Below are positions 1 through 15,634 of a DNA stretch of 64,000 nucleotides, in pieces (position 1 is the first letter of the stretch; every line of letters starts with the position of its first letter). The notes under the pieces were generated by a model, which worked only from the letters and a program-made list of their open reading frames with translations, searched no databases and was not told the DNA's origin. This DNA is from Takakia lepidozioides (taxonomy: Eukaryota; Plantae; Bryophyta), in NCBI GenBank assembly GCA_030704615.1, contig CM060732.1, forward strand, positions 8,866,001 through 8,930,000, given 5' to 3'. Both the position numbers and the translations under genes were made by a program.

Positions 1-3000
1 TGGATCTTCCTCACCATCAATTGTCCGGTCGTTCAACCCCCGTTGAATGCACACATTAATAAGGGCCCTCAGTTCATCCTGCTTGTTTGCAGGTGCCTTA
101 GAAAGTAAGAGGTTGAGCATTCGCTTGGAGAAGCCATAATTTTGCACATCCATGTTACGTTTAATAGCCGTCCGGATGCATACTATGTGATGCTTGGCTT
201 GGAGAGGGAGAGAACTGAGGTGACGTGCAAGCCGTGCTATCTCTTCCCTCGCACTCCCTGAGCCCTGTCCTTCCAGCCTTTGTAACCGCACTATTTCCTG
301 GAAGACGCAACATTTTTAACACCTAAGCTGCCATCCCTGTATAATAACTGTGGAAGTAAACTTATGTTCCACAGAACCTTCAACCTTCACCAACCACAGA
401 AAGCCAAAGATAAGAGAGGAAAAGAAACCAAAAGTGCAGACCTCGATGCAGGGCTTCTTACAGTAAGCTTAGACCTCAAAGCGAATATTGATTATATGAT
501 GAATTCCATGACTGGAGGTGGAGGATACTTGTTTGTACCTAATGTGACAGATACAAATTTGACTGATGAAGACCACCTTGAAGCCTAAATGAAGTCCAGA
601 CTGTACAGTGCATTCTGCTCAAGGAGCAGTCAATTGTAGCGACGACCAAAACAGAACCAGAGACAAATGGATAGACACGTTACCTGAAGGAGGAGTACAG
701 CCAACTTATACTGTGCACAAATTCGAGCCTGAGGTTTGATATCGGTGCCAAGGGAGAGATCTTTGGCCATGGCTAAGAAGGCTTCATCCAAACAGGACAT
801 GGCATCCTTGAGTTGATTTTGCTCTATGTGAACCATCCCGATCTTAAAGCAAGTGGAGGCTGGTGCTCCTCTCGGAATCTGTCAAGAGAAATCACAAAGT
901 TGACTGAAAAGGATGCAATAGTATATTACTGAAACCAGTCCGACAAAGATTACTTTGACCTTATCAATCAGAATATAGAAGTATTTAAAGAGGTCCATAA
1001 GATTCTTTACTGGTTATGACATCAAGCTAGCGCCTTTCTGATGAAACCGAAGGTCCTGGTCAAAGGATTCTGGATGGGGGTATGTTGGGGTTTAATGTGG
1101 TATATATGAGTGCTCACTTAGCCTCCACACAGGACTGCCAGTGCCAGTATGTAAAAGATCTGCATAGCAAATCTGAGAAGTAATTCCCATGTTGGATAGA
1201 GAGGCATGACTAACTAGTAAGACTCTGCACCAAGCAACAGCACACATGACTGGTTGAGAAGTTTCTGCTTCAAAGCAACAGCATTGCACGAGGAACATAC
1301 CTGCCCAGGCTTAACTGGGCCACTGGTTTGTGAACTAGGACGTGCAGGACCTCTGTTTTGCCTGTCAAAGAGCACCCTTCCTGTTCCATTGGCATGGGCC
1401 CTGCCAACACCCTCAAAGCTACCAAGATCTGCCTCAGAGGATGGGGCCTGGGCATTAACTTGGGGTGGCACACCACCATCTGGCAGACCTAAGCCAGAAT
1501 TAGATGCCTCCTGTGATACCTTCCCTGATTGGTACACCGTCGTTTGAGGAGCAATGACTCCCGCTACATAATTTCCCTGTTGTGGTGGAATCCCACCTCC
1601 AGGGGGAACAAAATTCCCTTGGGCAGGTACCCCGCCTCCTTGAGCCACAAACACAGCTTCAAAAGTAGGCCCTCCTGCGCCTGGGTAACCATACATTCCC
1701 TGCCGTTGTCCACCTCCAGGAAAAGCCACAAAACCAGGTGCTGGAAATGCCTGCTGTCCAGGAAAACCCATTGCAGCAGCCCCTGGTACCTGTCCATAAG
1801 TCTGTGGCTGCTGAGAAGCGGCAAACCGGGTGTCTCCATGGAAAGGAACAATTGCCCCAGGCCCTGGTGTTGTTTCTTTCCAGAAGTCCTCTGGAATCGG
1901 TCCTGCTGCAACTCCCATACCCATCATCACAGGAAGAGAGGGTGCAGATGTGATGGGTGGAGGAAATGCTCCAACAGGCTCAACCACCATGTCCTGGGAA
2001 CCTCCCCCGAAACTACGCCGTCCCCCAAGCATTCCATCCCCTAGCTTGAACTGGCGGGTGGCCTCCTTCAGTGCATTAAGGTCAACTGTATTCCCAGATA
2101 CTGGTTTTGCATTTATTTTTATTTGGAATTTTTGTTTGGTACTCTTATTGACTGATTCGTCCTCATCGCTGCTGCTATTATCCACACCATACATCCCCTT
2201 CTTAAATTCTTCAGCAGCACGGGCCTGCTCCTCTGTTTCATTCTCACCATTGGCGGCCCGTCGACTCCCTCCCTTGCTGCCAGAAGCATCCTTGATGCTG
2301 CCAAACCTGCTGAGGGGTCCATCCCCTGATGCTTTGGACGAATTTGATGGTGACTTTTCGATCCCATTTTCTCCATTCGTGCCTAAGGCAGTACTCCACA
2401 ATACCCCAAAAGACAAGAATGATGAAAATTCTGACACATTAAGAAACTTATTTTTGCGTTGAAGTGTTGCAGACATCAAAACCTTAAAACTCTGCATGCA
2501 TCAAGATAGAAAAATTTAGTAGTATAGAAGAGATTGTACTCATAAGACGTTGTTTGCCGTAGCCTTGTGGCCATTGACCCCGCGCCCAGTTTAGTAGTAT
2601 AGAAGAGATTTAAACTCACAGGCAGCTCACCTGACCCAAACCTTCGCACAAGCATGTCTTCCCGGACTTCCACCACTGTGCCTCGGCCTCTCAAGGTCCC
2701 CAAATAGACACCGATATGGTCAGGGGTAATGGTTGGGATTGCACCATTGGCTGTTTTCATGTACGCGGTGACCTCGCTTGAAAGTTCCCAGCCACGCATG
2801 TTTTTGGAGTCTGGTACAGTTTTGAGTTCCCAGTTGCCACCTCCCCACTCAGGTCCCTTGGGGGCCATGTTCTCTGCTGCAAGATTCACAAACATGCCCC
2901 CTTGGCCCCAGCCCGATGATTGCACACTTAGAACTTTCTCACACTGACGTTGAAGCTCTGGGTTGCCACCTGCCTCTTCCAATATCTGGACTAACCGCCG

Positions 3001-6000
3001 CAATGCACTTGGGTTCAGATGGCACAGGAACAAGTCTAGCATGCTCTCGAAGTCATGGACCACTTCAAACGTTTCTTTTGCATGATCAAATGCCCCATAA
3101 CTGCACCCACAATCAGCACATGTTAAGACCATTCTCTCACCCTTATACTGTTTTTCCCACTCTGAGTTCCCATGGAGTTTGATCATTGCTTCTTTTTCTT
3201 TCTCTCTCTCTGTTTCTAACCCATGAAGTGTCCAAAGCCCCATGTCTGTTGCCATGAAATTGTCTGATGAAAATGAAGTTAGGCAGAAAACTTCCATGAA
3301 CTTGTTTCCAGTCTGTGACATGGGGGAGGACATCATGGATGACCTCAAGGGTCTACCCACTCTCGGCACTAGACTGAAATTTAAACTCAGGGCAGGAAGC
3401 CTACCTTTGAACAGCAAACAGAAGCAGAGAGGAAAGGGAGAGTGCAATTGCCCGTTGTGTGGGCAACCTGAAGACAATATTCATTTCCTGATTCACTGTC
3501 CGGGGTTCTCTCACCAGAGAGACGCTCTCCTCAAATCTATCAAGGGAATTGTGCCTGTACCTCTGTTTACCAACTTTGAAAGTCTCGAGGCTGAGCCAAA
3601 AGCCCAGGCCCTTCTGGGGCCTAGTCATTGGGCAAACCACACACAGCAGATTGATGCTTGTGTGAAGGGATTTCTAGACGATATCTGGAAAACCCGGATC
3701 AATGCTTTATACCAAGGTACGTCTCACTACCAACGTCAGCCCCTGACAGAGGTAGGTTCTGTCCCTTTGTGTTCCGCTCAAACTGGGCGCGGGGTCAATG
3801 GCCACAAGGCTACGGCAAACAACGTCTTATGAGTACATTCTAACCCAGGAAGTCTACCGCAAGCAAAGTCAAATGAGTACCTGTGAGACATCTCTTACAA
3901 GAAATTGTCAGCTTGTCTTCTGTGTTCCTGGGTACCTATTTTTGACCCTCTCAGGAGTTCTATCACAGATCTCACTCAGTGTGCAAGAAACGGACCAGCT
4001 GCACAGAGGTCAGCATGGTGTCTTGGTTTAACTTTCATACATCTAGCTTTTCCAGTGTGAAAAGAGAGTTCGTCTGTGTGCAAGTCATCATGGTGATCAG
4101 TTTTACATGTCTGAGGGGGTTAGTATCGTACTTTATACAAGCACGTCCAAGTTCACGGAAGCGATGAAATAGGCGAGTTGCTGGAGGGCAGCGCGGATAG
4201 TCACGTGAACGCAGAAACTCGTCCTTAAGGATGGATAGTGCCGTTGTAAAACGGCGGGCCCGTATGGCATACTGACACCGTAATTCCTGCACACATCGCT
4301 TAATATTGCCACTTGTTGCCAGCAATTGAAACTCGAAATACCCTATGCCAGCAAGTATAGCAAAGCATTCTGAACAAAAATAAAATGTTTTCTGATTATT
4401 CAGCCACAACATACAGATCGACTGCACAGCATTCGGCTAGAGCGCAATCAGCTTGATGAGGCTAAATGAAACTCTATGCAAATTGTTAACATAGGCTTTC
4501 AAGTTGATCCTTACCTGTGTAAATTGTGGTCCTGCTTGTGCAAGCTCAACTGCAAGCTCTGCACAGACTGGAGCCCCATTCGCTAGGGTATCAAGTGAGC
4601 GAGGGGTCACACGCAGGCTGTCAAATCTATACCGATGTAGCAAACAAGCAAATTAGTTGAAACCAATCTAGATGGGGGGATACATATTCTCTTTAAAGTT
4701 CTTGTTCACAACACTTAATTACCTTCCAGCAGCATAGGATCTCACCACTAAGTCTCAAGGGTATTCGACTGAACACATTGGGGATTTTCATGTAGCAACC
4801 CAAGTTTAGCTCACGTTAAATGTCATAGTGTATTCACTTGAAGTATCTCATGAGCTAATAAAAAAAATTCAAACAATTTTATTTCAAACACATCTAGAAC
4901 ATCTGGGCTCCATTTACACAGCAAGAGAAGAGTGTGCCCCGTGAATGGGGCAAGGACATTGCGACACACCGGGAGGTAAGCTGGTACATGATCTCCAAGA
5001 GATCAAGCTTCGGTTCAAATACGAGGTGCATAGTGGTCCAGCCAACTAGTAGCGGTTCCAATAGCCCAATGAGCCGAGTCTTAATCTCCACGCCCTGCTT
5101 TTGCCTCGGGTTGGGATCATTGGTGCATGCCAACAGCAACCGATCATTCAGGGCCCCAACCAAAGCTGCAATCATGCCCACAGTGACAAACATTCTCTGG
5201 ATGTAGCTGGTATACTTCTAGAAAGTTGCTTCACAACAAGTCCATCACATCACCTTTACCTGTACTGCATTCATTGACATAGGCCTTCAATAGCCCACAA
5301 TCGGCCTCTACCCACATAAATATAGCCCCTACGCAGCCTGTTTTGTCCAGAAACCTTGCAGGTATTTTATTTGAAGTGGACCAAATAGGTCACCCAAAGA
5401 TTCATACATGCTTTTCTCTTACCCTTTGCAGGTTTTTCATTTGATGTGGACCACATAGTGTCTGTTTGAATTGCCATGCCCAATGTCTCATAAACATTTT
5501 CTCTTACCCTTGGAAAATACTGGTTCATTTCACATAATTGGTCCACTTGAGAGGATTGCAGTATTTACCATACTGTGCACAGGGCTTGTCGTCATTGGGC
5601 TCAAAGGTAGAGGAGAAAATTAATGTCAGAAGATATGGGGGTATCAAGATGCCAGGCCACAGAACTCAAAATGTTACAGCAGTTGTACACCTCCCTTCCT
5701 CAATTGGGGAACCTTTAGTCCAATTCATTAGGATGAGAGTCCTCATTCTCAAGAATAAGATGTGATATCTCAGCCCCTCCATCTCCCTAGACACCATCAT
5801 GGTTCTCAAGTCAGAATGTGGTTACGCTGTCTGACCTTGACATGCTCTCATTGTGAACATCAAGTGTTGCACCCAAATACTGGAAGTTAGCAAAGCACCA
5901 CGAGCATTAGGACTCTCTCACCAGCATTTGGGGTGCCAATTGTCACAAGGGGTCGAGCTATTCCATCCCACCCCAACACAACCACCGATGTTGCTGTTGA

Positions 6001-9000
6001 GTAAAGCAGTGAGGGGCCCACCCACATCAGCGATCTGAAGTGCTTCCAAGTCAAGAAATGGCAAAGAGGCGAAGAGAAGAGACCCCGACCATTTGACAGG
6101 GCAAGCAAAGATGGGGTGTGATAGGTAGCACCGCATCCATGGTCTTCAACAGATACAAATTGCATAAGCAAAAACAAACAGAGACTTCAGATCTATACAG
6201 AAAGTAAGATAAAGGATATTGGAGGGTAGCCTTTGTCAAATGTGGCAGAGCTGCTTGCTAGAATCTCTAGATTTGATGACATGATCATCACTCGCTGTGT
6301 GGTCAATATTCCAGCCACTTGCCCGCTTAGAGTCTCTTGCCAACACACCTGCACTTAAGTTTGGAGTGTAATTCAGTTATGTTACTCAAATCTGTGCAAG
6401 TAGTTGTTTCTGTTTGAAGTTTGGGGAAAATGTATGTCAAGGATATGCTAAGAAGATGATGATGAAGGAGACTTGTTACCTCCTATTGCGTCCAGAGGGC
6501 CTATTGGGACACAGTAGACAACAGAGAACAAAAAAGCAAACCCAAGAGTTGCAAGCAGATCAGCTGCTTAGCACTTCTCCATGATGAAAAAGAAAGAAAT
6601 TAATCTTTTTAAGTTCACAACCGCATTACCTGAAGAACACTCTCCAAGGGGTGAAGTTTCACAAAGCGGCCAACTTCTGGTGTTGTAGGAATACTCAGCT
6701 CACCAGAAGTAGTATAAGCATCAGGAAACACCCTTGCTAGCCCAATGTGGCTTCCCAAACAAACGTACAATATAGTTGCCTCTGTGTACCATCACACAAT
6801 TCAAGTTGGAGACGATATTGCACAGCAATGCATCACAACTTCAAGGGTTAAAACCCCACTGAAACGGCAAGATTTCACAAGAGATTTCTCTACCATTCAC
6901 CTTCAACAATCTTCGAAGGATGATGGGACAAACCCCAGGAAGTCAAAAAGCTGGATAGTTAAATAGTGTTTTACGATGAAGAACAAAATAAGCCTTTGCG
7001 AGCCACAACCTCTGTTACACCATCAAAGATATGCGTTGAACCAAAGATTGCTACTTCAAAGTATCTAGGACAATAGCCCATAAACTCGATTAGTCCCATC
7101 AACCCGTTGGTACCCAAGGGTTGAAATAGATCAACAGCGCACATAGCACACCTGTAGGTGATGTAAAAATCCGCTGCACAGGCGTGTCAAATGCAAACTG
7201 CACTGGCCCTCGCTGCCCTCCAATTTCCAGGGGTTTGCTAACAGGCACCGGGGTTGGCTCTGAGAACTCATTCTCATCCAAGACACCATTTGAACCATTG
7301 ACCTCCACACTATCCAACATTTGCCCTGATGTTATCAAGTTTACATCTTCTTCAATGAAATAAAGAACCAGCCCCACACCATCATCATCCAAGATAGCAT
7401 ATTGGTTCTCGCCATAGCCAACAAATGCACCATCACTACCTGGCATCAGGCAAACATAGCACAGAGTGTGTGAGGCAAAGAATGAACGATGGGATGGTCC
7501 AGTCCACTGGTTGGGTGAAAAGCTTATCAAATACACATACCCTCGACCACCTCGACACTGGTCACTTTGTTGCAATGGTGTTCTCAATTTTTCATCACCC
7601 TGGGTCTTTGGTTGTACCTGTAATAGTATTGACCCGCTCATTCACCGTGTGCTTGCCAAGGTTGTCACGATAGAGAACCACCTCACTGGTGGCACCCCTG
7701 CACTCAAAGAAGATAAGGAATACATGCTGCTTACTGCTGTACAGCATCTGTTTTGGTACCCGTTCGTTTCCTCCCAAAGCCTGCCATGAACACCAATTAT
7801 CTATAAATCCTCCTAATACATGTGAAGATATGTGCAGAGCGGACAAAAATTTGCAGAACGCTTGGCCAGATCTCAGTCGATGCAGGTAGTAGACGATTTT
7901 CTTTTGTTTAGGCAAGGGCCCTTCTTTCTGACTGGGCCACGGCAAAATCTATTTGTTTCTTCACAACTAACTTGCAAAGTCAACCCTGGAGAGCAAGAAC
8001 TTTCCCTGGACTACAGTTCGAAACAGCACATCTAAGTGAGTGTTTGTCAAATGAGGATGCAAGGATGAGCGTCAGACAATGTCCTGCCTACGACAATTTA
8101 TCCATGAAACACATACGCTCACCCATCATACCATATGCCACTATGGCTTCTGGTCTACCGGAAAAGAGGATACCCAGCCAGACAATAAATGATGCCTTCA
8201 GAAGACAGGAAATGTACCGTGGGAGACAGTTTCTTGTAAATATTGTAATCCCCTGATGAGAGGTTGTAGGCAGTAAGGTTGCAGCCGTCCATAAAGAAAG
8301 CTCTGACTGGGTAGTTAAAGATCCCGTGCTCTGAATTGAAAAACTTGAGATCTTGCTGGAACGGCTGAAGGTCAAACCAACAGGCAGAAGAAAGAAAGAA
8401 ATGGTTATCTGTCAGAACCAGAAATTGTTGCCTGGAGAGTCTGTGACCAAATGAGGTAAGCAAAAGAGGTAGATAAGTTGTTTGACACTCAGATATCCAG
8501 ATCATCAAAAGCCACTGACAAAAATTAGAGCCTGGCAGGCAAAATTCCACAGTCTTCAAAAAAACCTATGGAGTCTGTTAGTAAAAGACCATTGAATATT
8601 TGTAGGCTCCTTTGGTTGCACAAATTACGGTAACAGACTCCTATATGCACTTGCTAGCTTACAAAGGACTGTGAAGATTCACTTAGCACTCAAGTAAGGT
8701 GAAAAGAGGAACAGATTGAAGTGCTACCTGGCAGACAGGGATGTCACGCAAGGGATGTCCTGGGTCCGCAACAGTAAGCAAGGGAAGTGTCAAAATAGGG
8801 CCACTCCTCGCTTGCCCTTCTAATGTATTCTGCACAACCATTCCAGCCCCAAAAGCGTGTCCTGCAATTTAGCGAGGATTCCCCTACTCCCAAAAAACAG
8901 CTCTCACTCTCTCTCTCTCCAACCCAGCTACCCATCAGAGGTCTACTCCAAAATCATTCTCGGTGAAGACAGTGAACATATGACACCAGTTATCTTCCAG

Positions 9001-12000
9001 TGAACGATGGCGGTATTTTTTCAACTACATGTCAGCACCTGTTGGTATTTGTGAGTACTACCTCATACTCAATAGTGAAAAGTGTAACCACCTACTGCAG
9101 AGTAAGAATCTCTAGTCCACTAATAGACGTGTATCGGAATGTAGGAGGGAAACCCATCATTTTTACTTACCCCATAGAGAAAGGCTTTCCTTGCCAGGTC
9201 TGAAATTGTCAGTTGAGAACCCCTGCCACAAAGCATGAATAACACACAAATACCGTCGTGAGACCCAAGTGCATTCATGGCACTTTCCTAGAGTATCCCT
9301 GAAAACATTGGGAGCATGATCAAGCTCTCGGACCTTCCAACACTTCAGTGGCCAGCTTGAATCTACCAGATCTTTAGACAGGAATCAGATGCATGAGCAC
9401 CATAAGAATTATTTCCATATCTTGTTCCTTGATGGTGTTGAGCAGTCTTCCAACTAGCGACTACTAAGCCACTTGGTTGTTTGAGGAAGCCTGCTAATCC
9501 TAATCAGTGGCCATCACTTCAAACCTCACCATGGTCAAAGAATAGGATATTGGCAATGCTTCCTGCCTAGAAGAATTCCAGCACATGCAGTCTGTAGTGA
9601 TGTAACTTTGAAAGAAGCATGCAATGAAATGAAGAATGTTACCCAGTCTGGGCTCTGGCTTGCTGCAACTGCAACTGGTGATCTGGTAGAATTCCTGCAG
9701 ACCCTAGCACTGCCAGCTTCTCCTTCAGCACTGAGCCTGTCACATAACCAAAATTAAAAGTGAGACTTTAAATGAAAGCCACATCCCAACCCTATTAGAA
9801 ATGGTCCATTCTGAGTAATTCAGCTGGTCAGACTCACGTAAGGGACGAACAATAATTTCTGTGCTGACAAAAGAGTTCCAACCCAGACAACATCAGCCCT
9901 CAGACCAAGTGCTCCCTCCCAAGGGCTATTTGGCAACTTCTCAGTCAGTTCTCGCACTATATCAATAAAACAGCCACACCTCCTGAGGCTACACTTTCTC
10001 CAGTGCCCACCTCCCAATATGAGAGTGGGTACCATTTCCTTTTTCCTGTCCTACATACTGTGAGATCAGGGGCATACACTACACTTCTTCTCTCTTTCTA
10101 TTTTCTTTTCCCTTGTGTCCCATAGGCCCTTTGGGTGTCCTATTTCTTTTTTTCGTTTCCATCTTTAATCTTTCTCTCTATAAAGCACGTTATAAAGCAC
10201 CATTTCATTTCATTTCTCTCTCCCTCTGTATGCCTTGCACATTCCTAGTTGTAACAAAGGAGACAACTTCAGAGCTGGAGTAGTAATACGTGCCTGGAGA
10301 CCCTCGTGCACTCTGCAGCACTGAGAACAGCTGCCTCCTGGACTCCCTAGATACAGTCCCTGATCTTCTCCTGGCCTCCTCCCCACCACCAGCCACATTC
10401 TAGGGAAGAGAAGACACCCACCCACCAGTAATATCACAACACAATTGTTGCTGATGGCAAACACTTCTGCTTACTGGATGCACCTGGGACATCAGCAGGC
10501 ATAGCACTTTGCTTCTAACATCCACAACAAACAGCAGGTTCGCCGACCATCTCCACCCAACATGTCAAAGCTGTTGGAAGGAAACCTGGATCTTCTTGTG
10601 ATCCGAAGTGCATATTTAGCGTGTGAGAAAGGATAAGGTCACACAGATGGTCACACGACTTACAGCAAATAACACCGATGCAAGGTTTAACTTGGGATGG
10701 ATAATGAGGTCCACAACTCTGGGCAACGGATACACAGCACCCCCTCCAACCTGAGTAAGAATGCTGGACACATCCATTGCTTCTACTCCTGCATCCATAC
10801 CCAGCTTGTCACTCAACATGATAGGATGTCGAATCTGCAGCCGGTGCCAGCATTTTGCCAGCTGTGTGATGCTCCAGACAACAAGAACTCCGGTTGAGCT
10901 ACATAAGAAGCATTTCCCCTTACAGATACTGCCCCCTGTTGAGGGTGGGCTGTATGTGGGTGAAGACAGAATAGTCAAGGGCTCTCAAGGGGTATACTAT
11001 GTATATCTGGCATAGTTCTTGGTTAACTTGTCCAACGGGCCTTGCCCCCCCCCCCGCCCTGCTCTCTCTGCCTGTGGACATGTCAGTTTTTCTTTCTTTA
11101 TTTCTCTTCAACGATCCTCCTGGGGACACAGGAAATCTCTTCTTGTCTTCATCTTGTCTCTATTCTCTTGCTGTATTTACATAGGCACTTTTCTTCGTTC
11201 TCTACTTTCGCTTATGAGCCCTCCAGGTCCCTGGTGGACATTATTAAGTTTTATTTTGTTTCTCTCTCGATGTTTTAAGAGAAAATCTTTATTCTTTCTT
11301 TCTCAGTCTCTCTGTCTTCACACTTAGCACAATTGACAATCCTTATACAAGGGTTGCATGGCTGCTGAGACTCTTCCACAAAGGGAGGTTTGACCAACGG
11401 AATTGATGCAACAACTACAAACGGCTAATATATGAAAAAAATTGCCATGCAAAACCACAGCTTCCAAACTCTCACTTTCCTATCAATGTAGGGATCAAAA
11501 TCAATCTTACTACAACTGAAAGAAAAATTTACCAGCATGTTCAAAGAAATTTGCACGCATGTGAGGTCTATTGGGGTTTGAAACAACGCGAGCCCGCCAG
11601 ACTTGCACTGTTCCCTCCTTAGTGAGGGTGAGCAGCAGCTGTAACATTGAATGCCAGGCAACTGATGCGATAGGGTTGGGCCCAGTTGATATACTGGTTA
11701 CAAAAGCACAAAAACAAACAGGCAAATTAATATAGGCATTCCCGACACCACTCATCTGATGGTTGCCCAAACCAAGCTTCTGAATAGGAAACAGTGTCCT
11801 GCCTACAACACTTCTGTCTATATTGCCATTACACGATACTTTGGAAATATCTTACAAATTCGTTTCAAGAGTATAGGATATACTATTGTTTTGATATCTA
11901 GCAGAGGGTCATCACAACAAACGAGATCTATGCATGTTATTAGGTTGTAGCTTGTCACGGTGAAACAACCCAGCCAAGATGAGCCCCAATACAAAAGTTA

Positions 12001-15000
12001 CTCTCATCAGAGTAGCAGGCTTGGCCAGGTCTACTCTTTTCTGACCATTCAAAAACCAAGTTGGAAATGAAAATTCTTACTCCTTTGTGATTTCCTGAGC
12101 TAAGGAGTCCTTAAACCAGGAAATAACAAACATCATTCTCTCAAACAAAGATGGTACTCACATGCCAATCAAGCTGGGCCGATTTGGGACTGACACATCC
12201 CATGCTAAAAGGGTCCCACTGCAGTCACCCACAAAAACCCATTCCAATGTCGAGTGGAAGGCAAATGCTCCTGCTCCTGAAAGCTTGATGGAAGGATCAA
12301 CTGGAACAGAAAAAATGGACAAGACGACAACCGGGGTCGTGTACTCAATAGCCTGTCTTAGATATAGACAAAAGAAGAGAGAGGAGAATCTCTGCAATCA
12401 AGATCATGTAACATAGAACATGTAACTGGAAAACTGAGAGGCATTGGAGAAGTAGACGTAGACTAGAAGGGACTATAGTTGGAAAATTACATTTACAAAC
12501 TGGCGATGTGAGTGCAGTGTGGGAGGACTCCCTTACTTGGAACTAGACTTACTTTGAAGAGTATACTGCACAGTGAAAGTCTGAATATTGTAAGCTCGTA
12601 CCACCCCCTCTGCATATGCCACATACTATCATCATCCAGCCAAACCCACAAGAAACCAGAAAAGTTAGGCAACCAGTTTAAATTTGGTTGGAGAAAGATT
12701 GACACATTTTTACATGTTCACCAATAAAGAGTTCATAGGGTGCACAACACAGCAATTGAAGTGAAACTTGTGATACCAAACCAAAGCTAGCTAACTTCAC
12801 TCCACAAGCTACAACTAGAGCAGGACTGTGTCATAAATGCCATGACCAACAATCAACCAACAAGCCGACTGGTAAATATATACACAAAGGCAATGAGCAT
12901 TCTAAGCTTTCAATTGAAGACAGAGGTCTTCAATATCAGCTCTAATACCAATATTTTCCGGTAACAGCTTTATCGTTAAACCTCCTGCTCTTTACATGAC
13001 CTGCAAAAGGGTTCATCAGAGAGAATCACCAAAAGAGGGTGCCGTGGGTGGCAAGCGAGTTCGGTGATGGGCTTCTTCAAATCTGTCTTTATCTTTGTGG
13101 CAGCCCTCACACCTTCTACCGTCCCCACCACTGCTCCGGCATGACAACGGTCAAATGATGCAAATACTTCAAAGAACTATAAATTGTATGTGATACATTA
13201 CAACAAGTGCAGAGATGAAGGCAAGACGTAAGTGGAGTGCAGAGAGAGAGAGAAGACTCTGGCCGAAGCCAGCATAAATAAGAGCCACTTCTTCTAGCAA
13301 GCTAGGGACTGGAGTGCAACTAGAGCTCCACATACAATAAATTGTTGTCAGAGCTATACAGATATCAACCCAAGGGGAAAAAATTACCATTCACACTCAA
13401 GCGGCGGTGAGCACCAAAGAACAGCCATGGCCTAAGGGGAGTGAGAGCTATATGAACTTCCACACTGCCTCCCGCAACCTTCTCTGTCTTCTTGTCGACA
13501 GGCGAGTAGAGGACATAGGTTTGCTCTGTATCTAGATCCCAGGACCTAATAGTCCAATCCTGCAGAAAAAGCCACCACCAATCAAAATCCACCAAGTGAT
13601 CTTTTACAATTTCAAAATTTTCTATGGATTTTTGAACACCTACACGTTACGGTTACCCTGCTCTTCCACTAATCTCATTCCCATAATGTCTAAGCAATAG
13701 AGGTGTTTAGTGCACTATCTTCTGAACATTTCATCCAATAACACCTGGTTGCATATACTGCCAGAACCCACAAATCGATGTACAATTGACAAACATCTTC
13801 TTCTCTCGCTCGCACTCTCTCTTTTGTTTACCGTGTCCCATGGGCCCTTTGTTGACAATACAAAGTTTCTCTGTTCCCTGTTCTGTTATAAAGCACCAAT
13901 TCATTTCGTTTCATTTCTGTTCTCTGTCTCTAGGTCGTCTTATGAGTACACTGTTCTCTATCTTCTGCACCTCACATTGATTGCTGACAAAGGCTTTTAC
14001 AGTGTCACGGGCAATTGCAGATTTAGTTACCACATTCTGTATTGAGACAGACAAATGGGACAATACCTCCTGAGGAATCTGCCCAATTTGCATCACTGGC
14101 AAATTGGAGACGAGATGTCTTATTTTCATGCCCTGCGTACTAAAAGATCCAGAGCAGAGTGTTGCTGTCTGCTTACTGATTCTAAATCCTTGGAGGAGAC
14201 CTGAGGGACTCTATGTTTTGGGTGGTTTTCATGCATAAGGCAATATGCCTCTGTGACAGATGTTCTTTCGTGTCGTTATTGTTCTGTGTTGATTTATTTC
14301 TGTCCCCTTGGCCCCTTGCGCCTGCTTCCAATGTAGTAGATATCTTTCCCATGGATGTTATCAAGTTTCTCAATCACCCTCTCTCTAATATACATAGACG
14401 CCATGTGCGCCAGTAAGAGAAGAGGTTAATTAGTCATAACCTCAAGTACAGCAACAATAACATGGCCTCCAGCTGGGCTATAAGCCATGCGTACCACCGT
14501 CGCCCCTATGTCTATGCTTGAGAGTCTGCATCCTGTCAACGCATCAAACTCTGCCAAGTGCACCAGTAGAAACACAGGAAGTAAGACCACAAGTAGCCAA
14601 GAGCATCATAGACATCTGTCATCTCCAATCCCAGAAAATGGTGTGATGTTTAGCACGTCGAAAGAGTATGCTCTCTAACAGACTCCTGGTAACTGAATTA
14701 ACCAAGATGTAAATCTTCCAAGGTATTCAATTTTGATCAAGGCTGCAAGTTTGAATTGTGTCACCATCTTGAAACAAAACAAGACTCAAGATATCAAGAG
14801 TTAAGATAGTAAGACCTTCAGGAAGTACCCCAAGCAAACAGGTTGCAAGCTGTGAGTACTATCAAAAAGATACCCAAGCTTCAATTGAAGTTCACAGACA
14901 TAACTTTCTCAGGTTCAAGCTGCTTGAAAGTTCTAAGAAGCTCTTGTAACTGTCTGTCCCTAATGTTGTTTCTCTCTCTCTTGCTTTGTGTGGTTTCACT

Positions 15001-15561
15001 CCTGTCCATTGGTGCATTTGGGTGTCCCATAGACTTCAAAGAAAATCTTCTTCTCCATCTTTTGATTATCATGTTCTTGTACTGCATCCCACAGGCCCTT
15101 TGGACCTCCCAAGGATGTATAAACAAATCTCTTCTTCTTTGTACTTCTCTGCGTCATTCCCTACGGCTTGCACTGTTAGAGTCAGCTTGACAACCCCAGA
15201 TAAGACAGTCAGCACACCTAGGCAGGATAGGAGTTCCCAGCTTACAATGCAAGTAGAGACCAAACATTTCCTTTTCTCTTCCCTCCGTATTATATCTTTT
15301 CAGTAGCTGGTCCTCCTGGCAGAGGCTTTTAGTTAGGAAGTTGAGGAATGCTTGGCGAGTTACCATCAGGGAGCGCTCAGTCCTTAACTGGTTGCTAGTG
15401 TTTTCTTTGTCTATGTGTTCTTATCCCATAGGCCCTCTGAGCCTATTGGACACCTCTCTCTTTTCCCCCCTTTCTCTCTATGAGGATAGGGGCAACAATG
15501 CAGATCAAAACCAACCGTAGAATGTCAGGATATAGTCCCTGGCAGGGCCAGCAAGAAGAAT

Positions 15562-15634
<73 letters not shown>

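Noticed and set aside
2476-3477. 333-aa ORF as a standalone gene
   Set aside because: It is a chimera of antisense LINE, intron and one TWD40-1 exon.
5350-5520. Short ~70-bp degenerate tandem duplication in an intron
   Set aside because: Low information; no element structure recognised.
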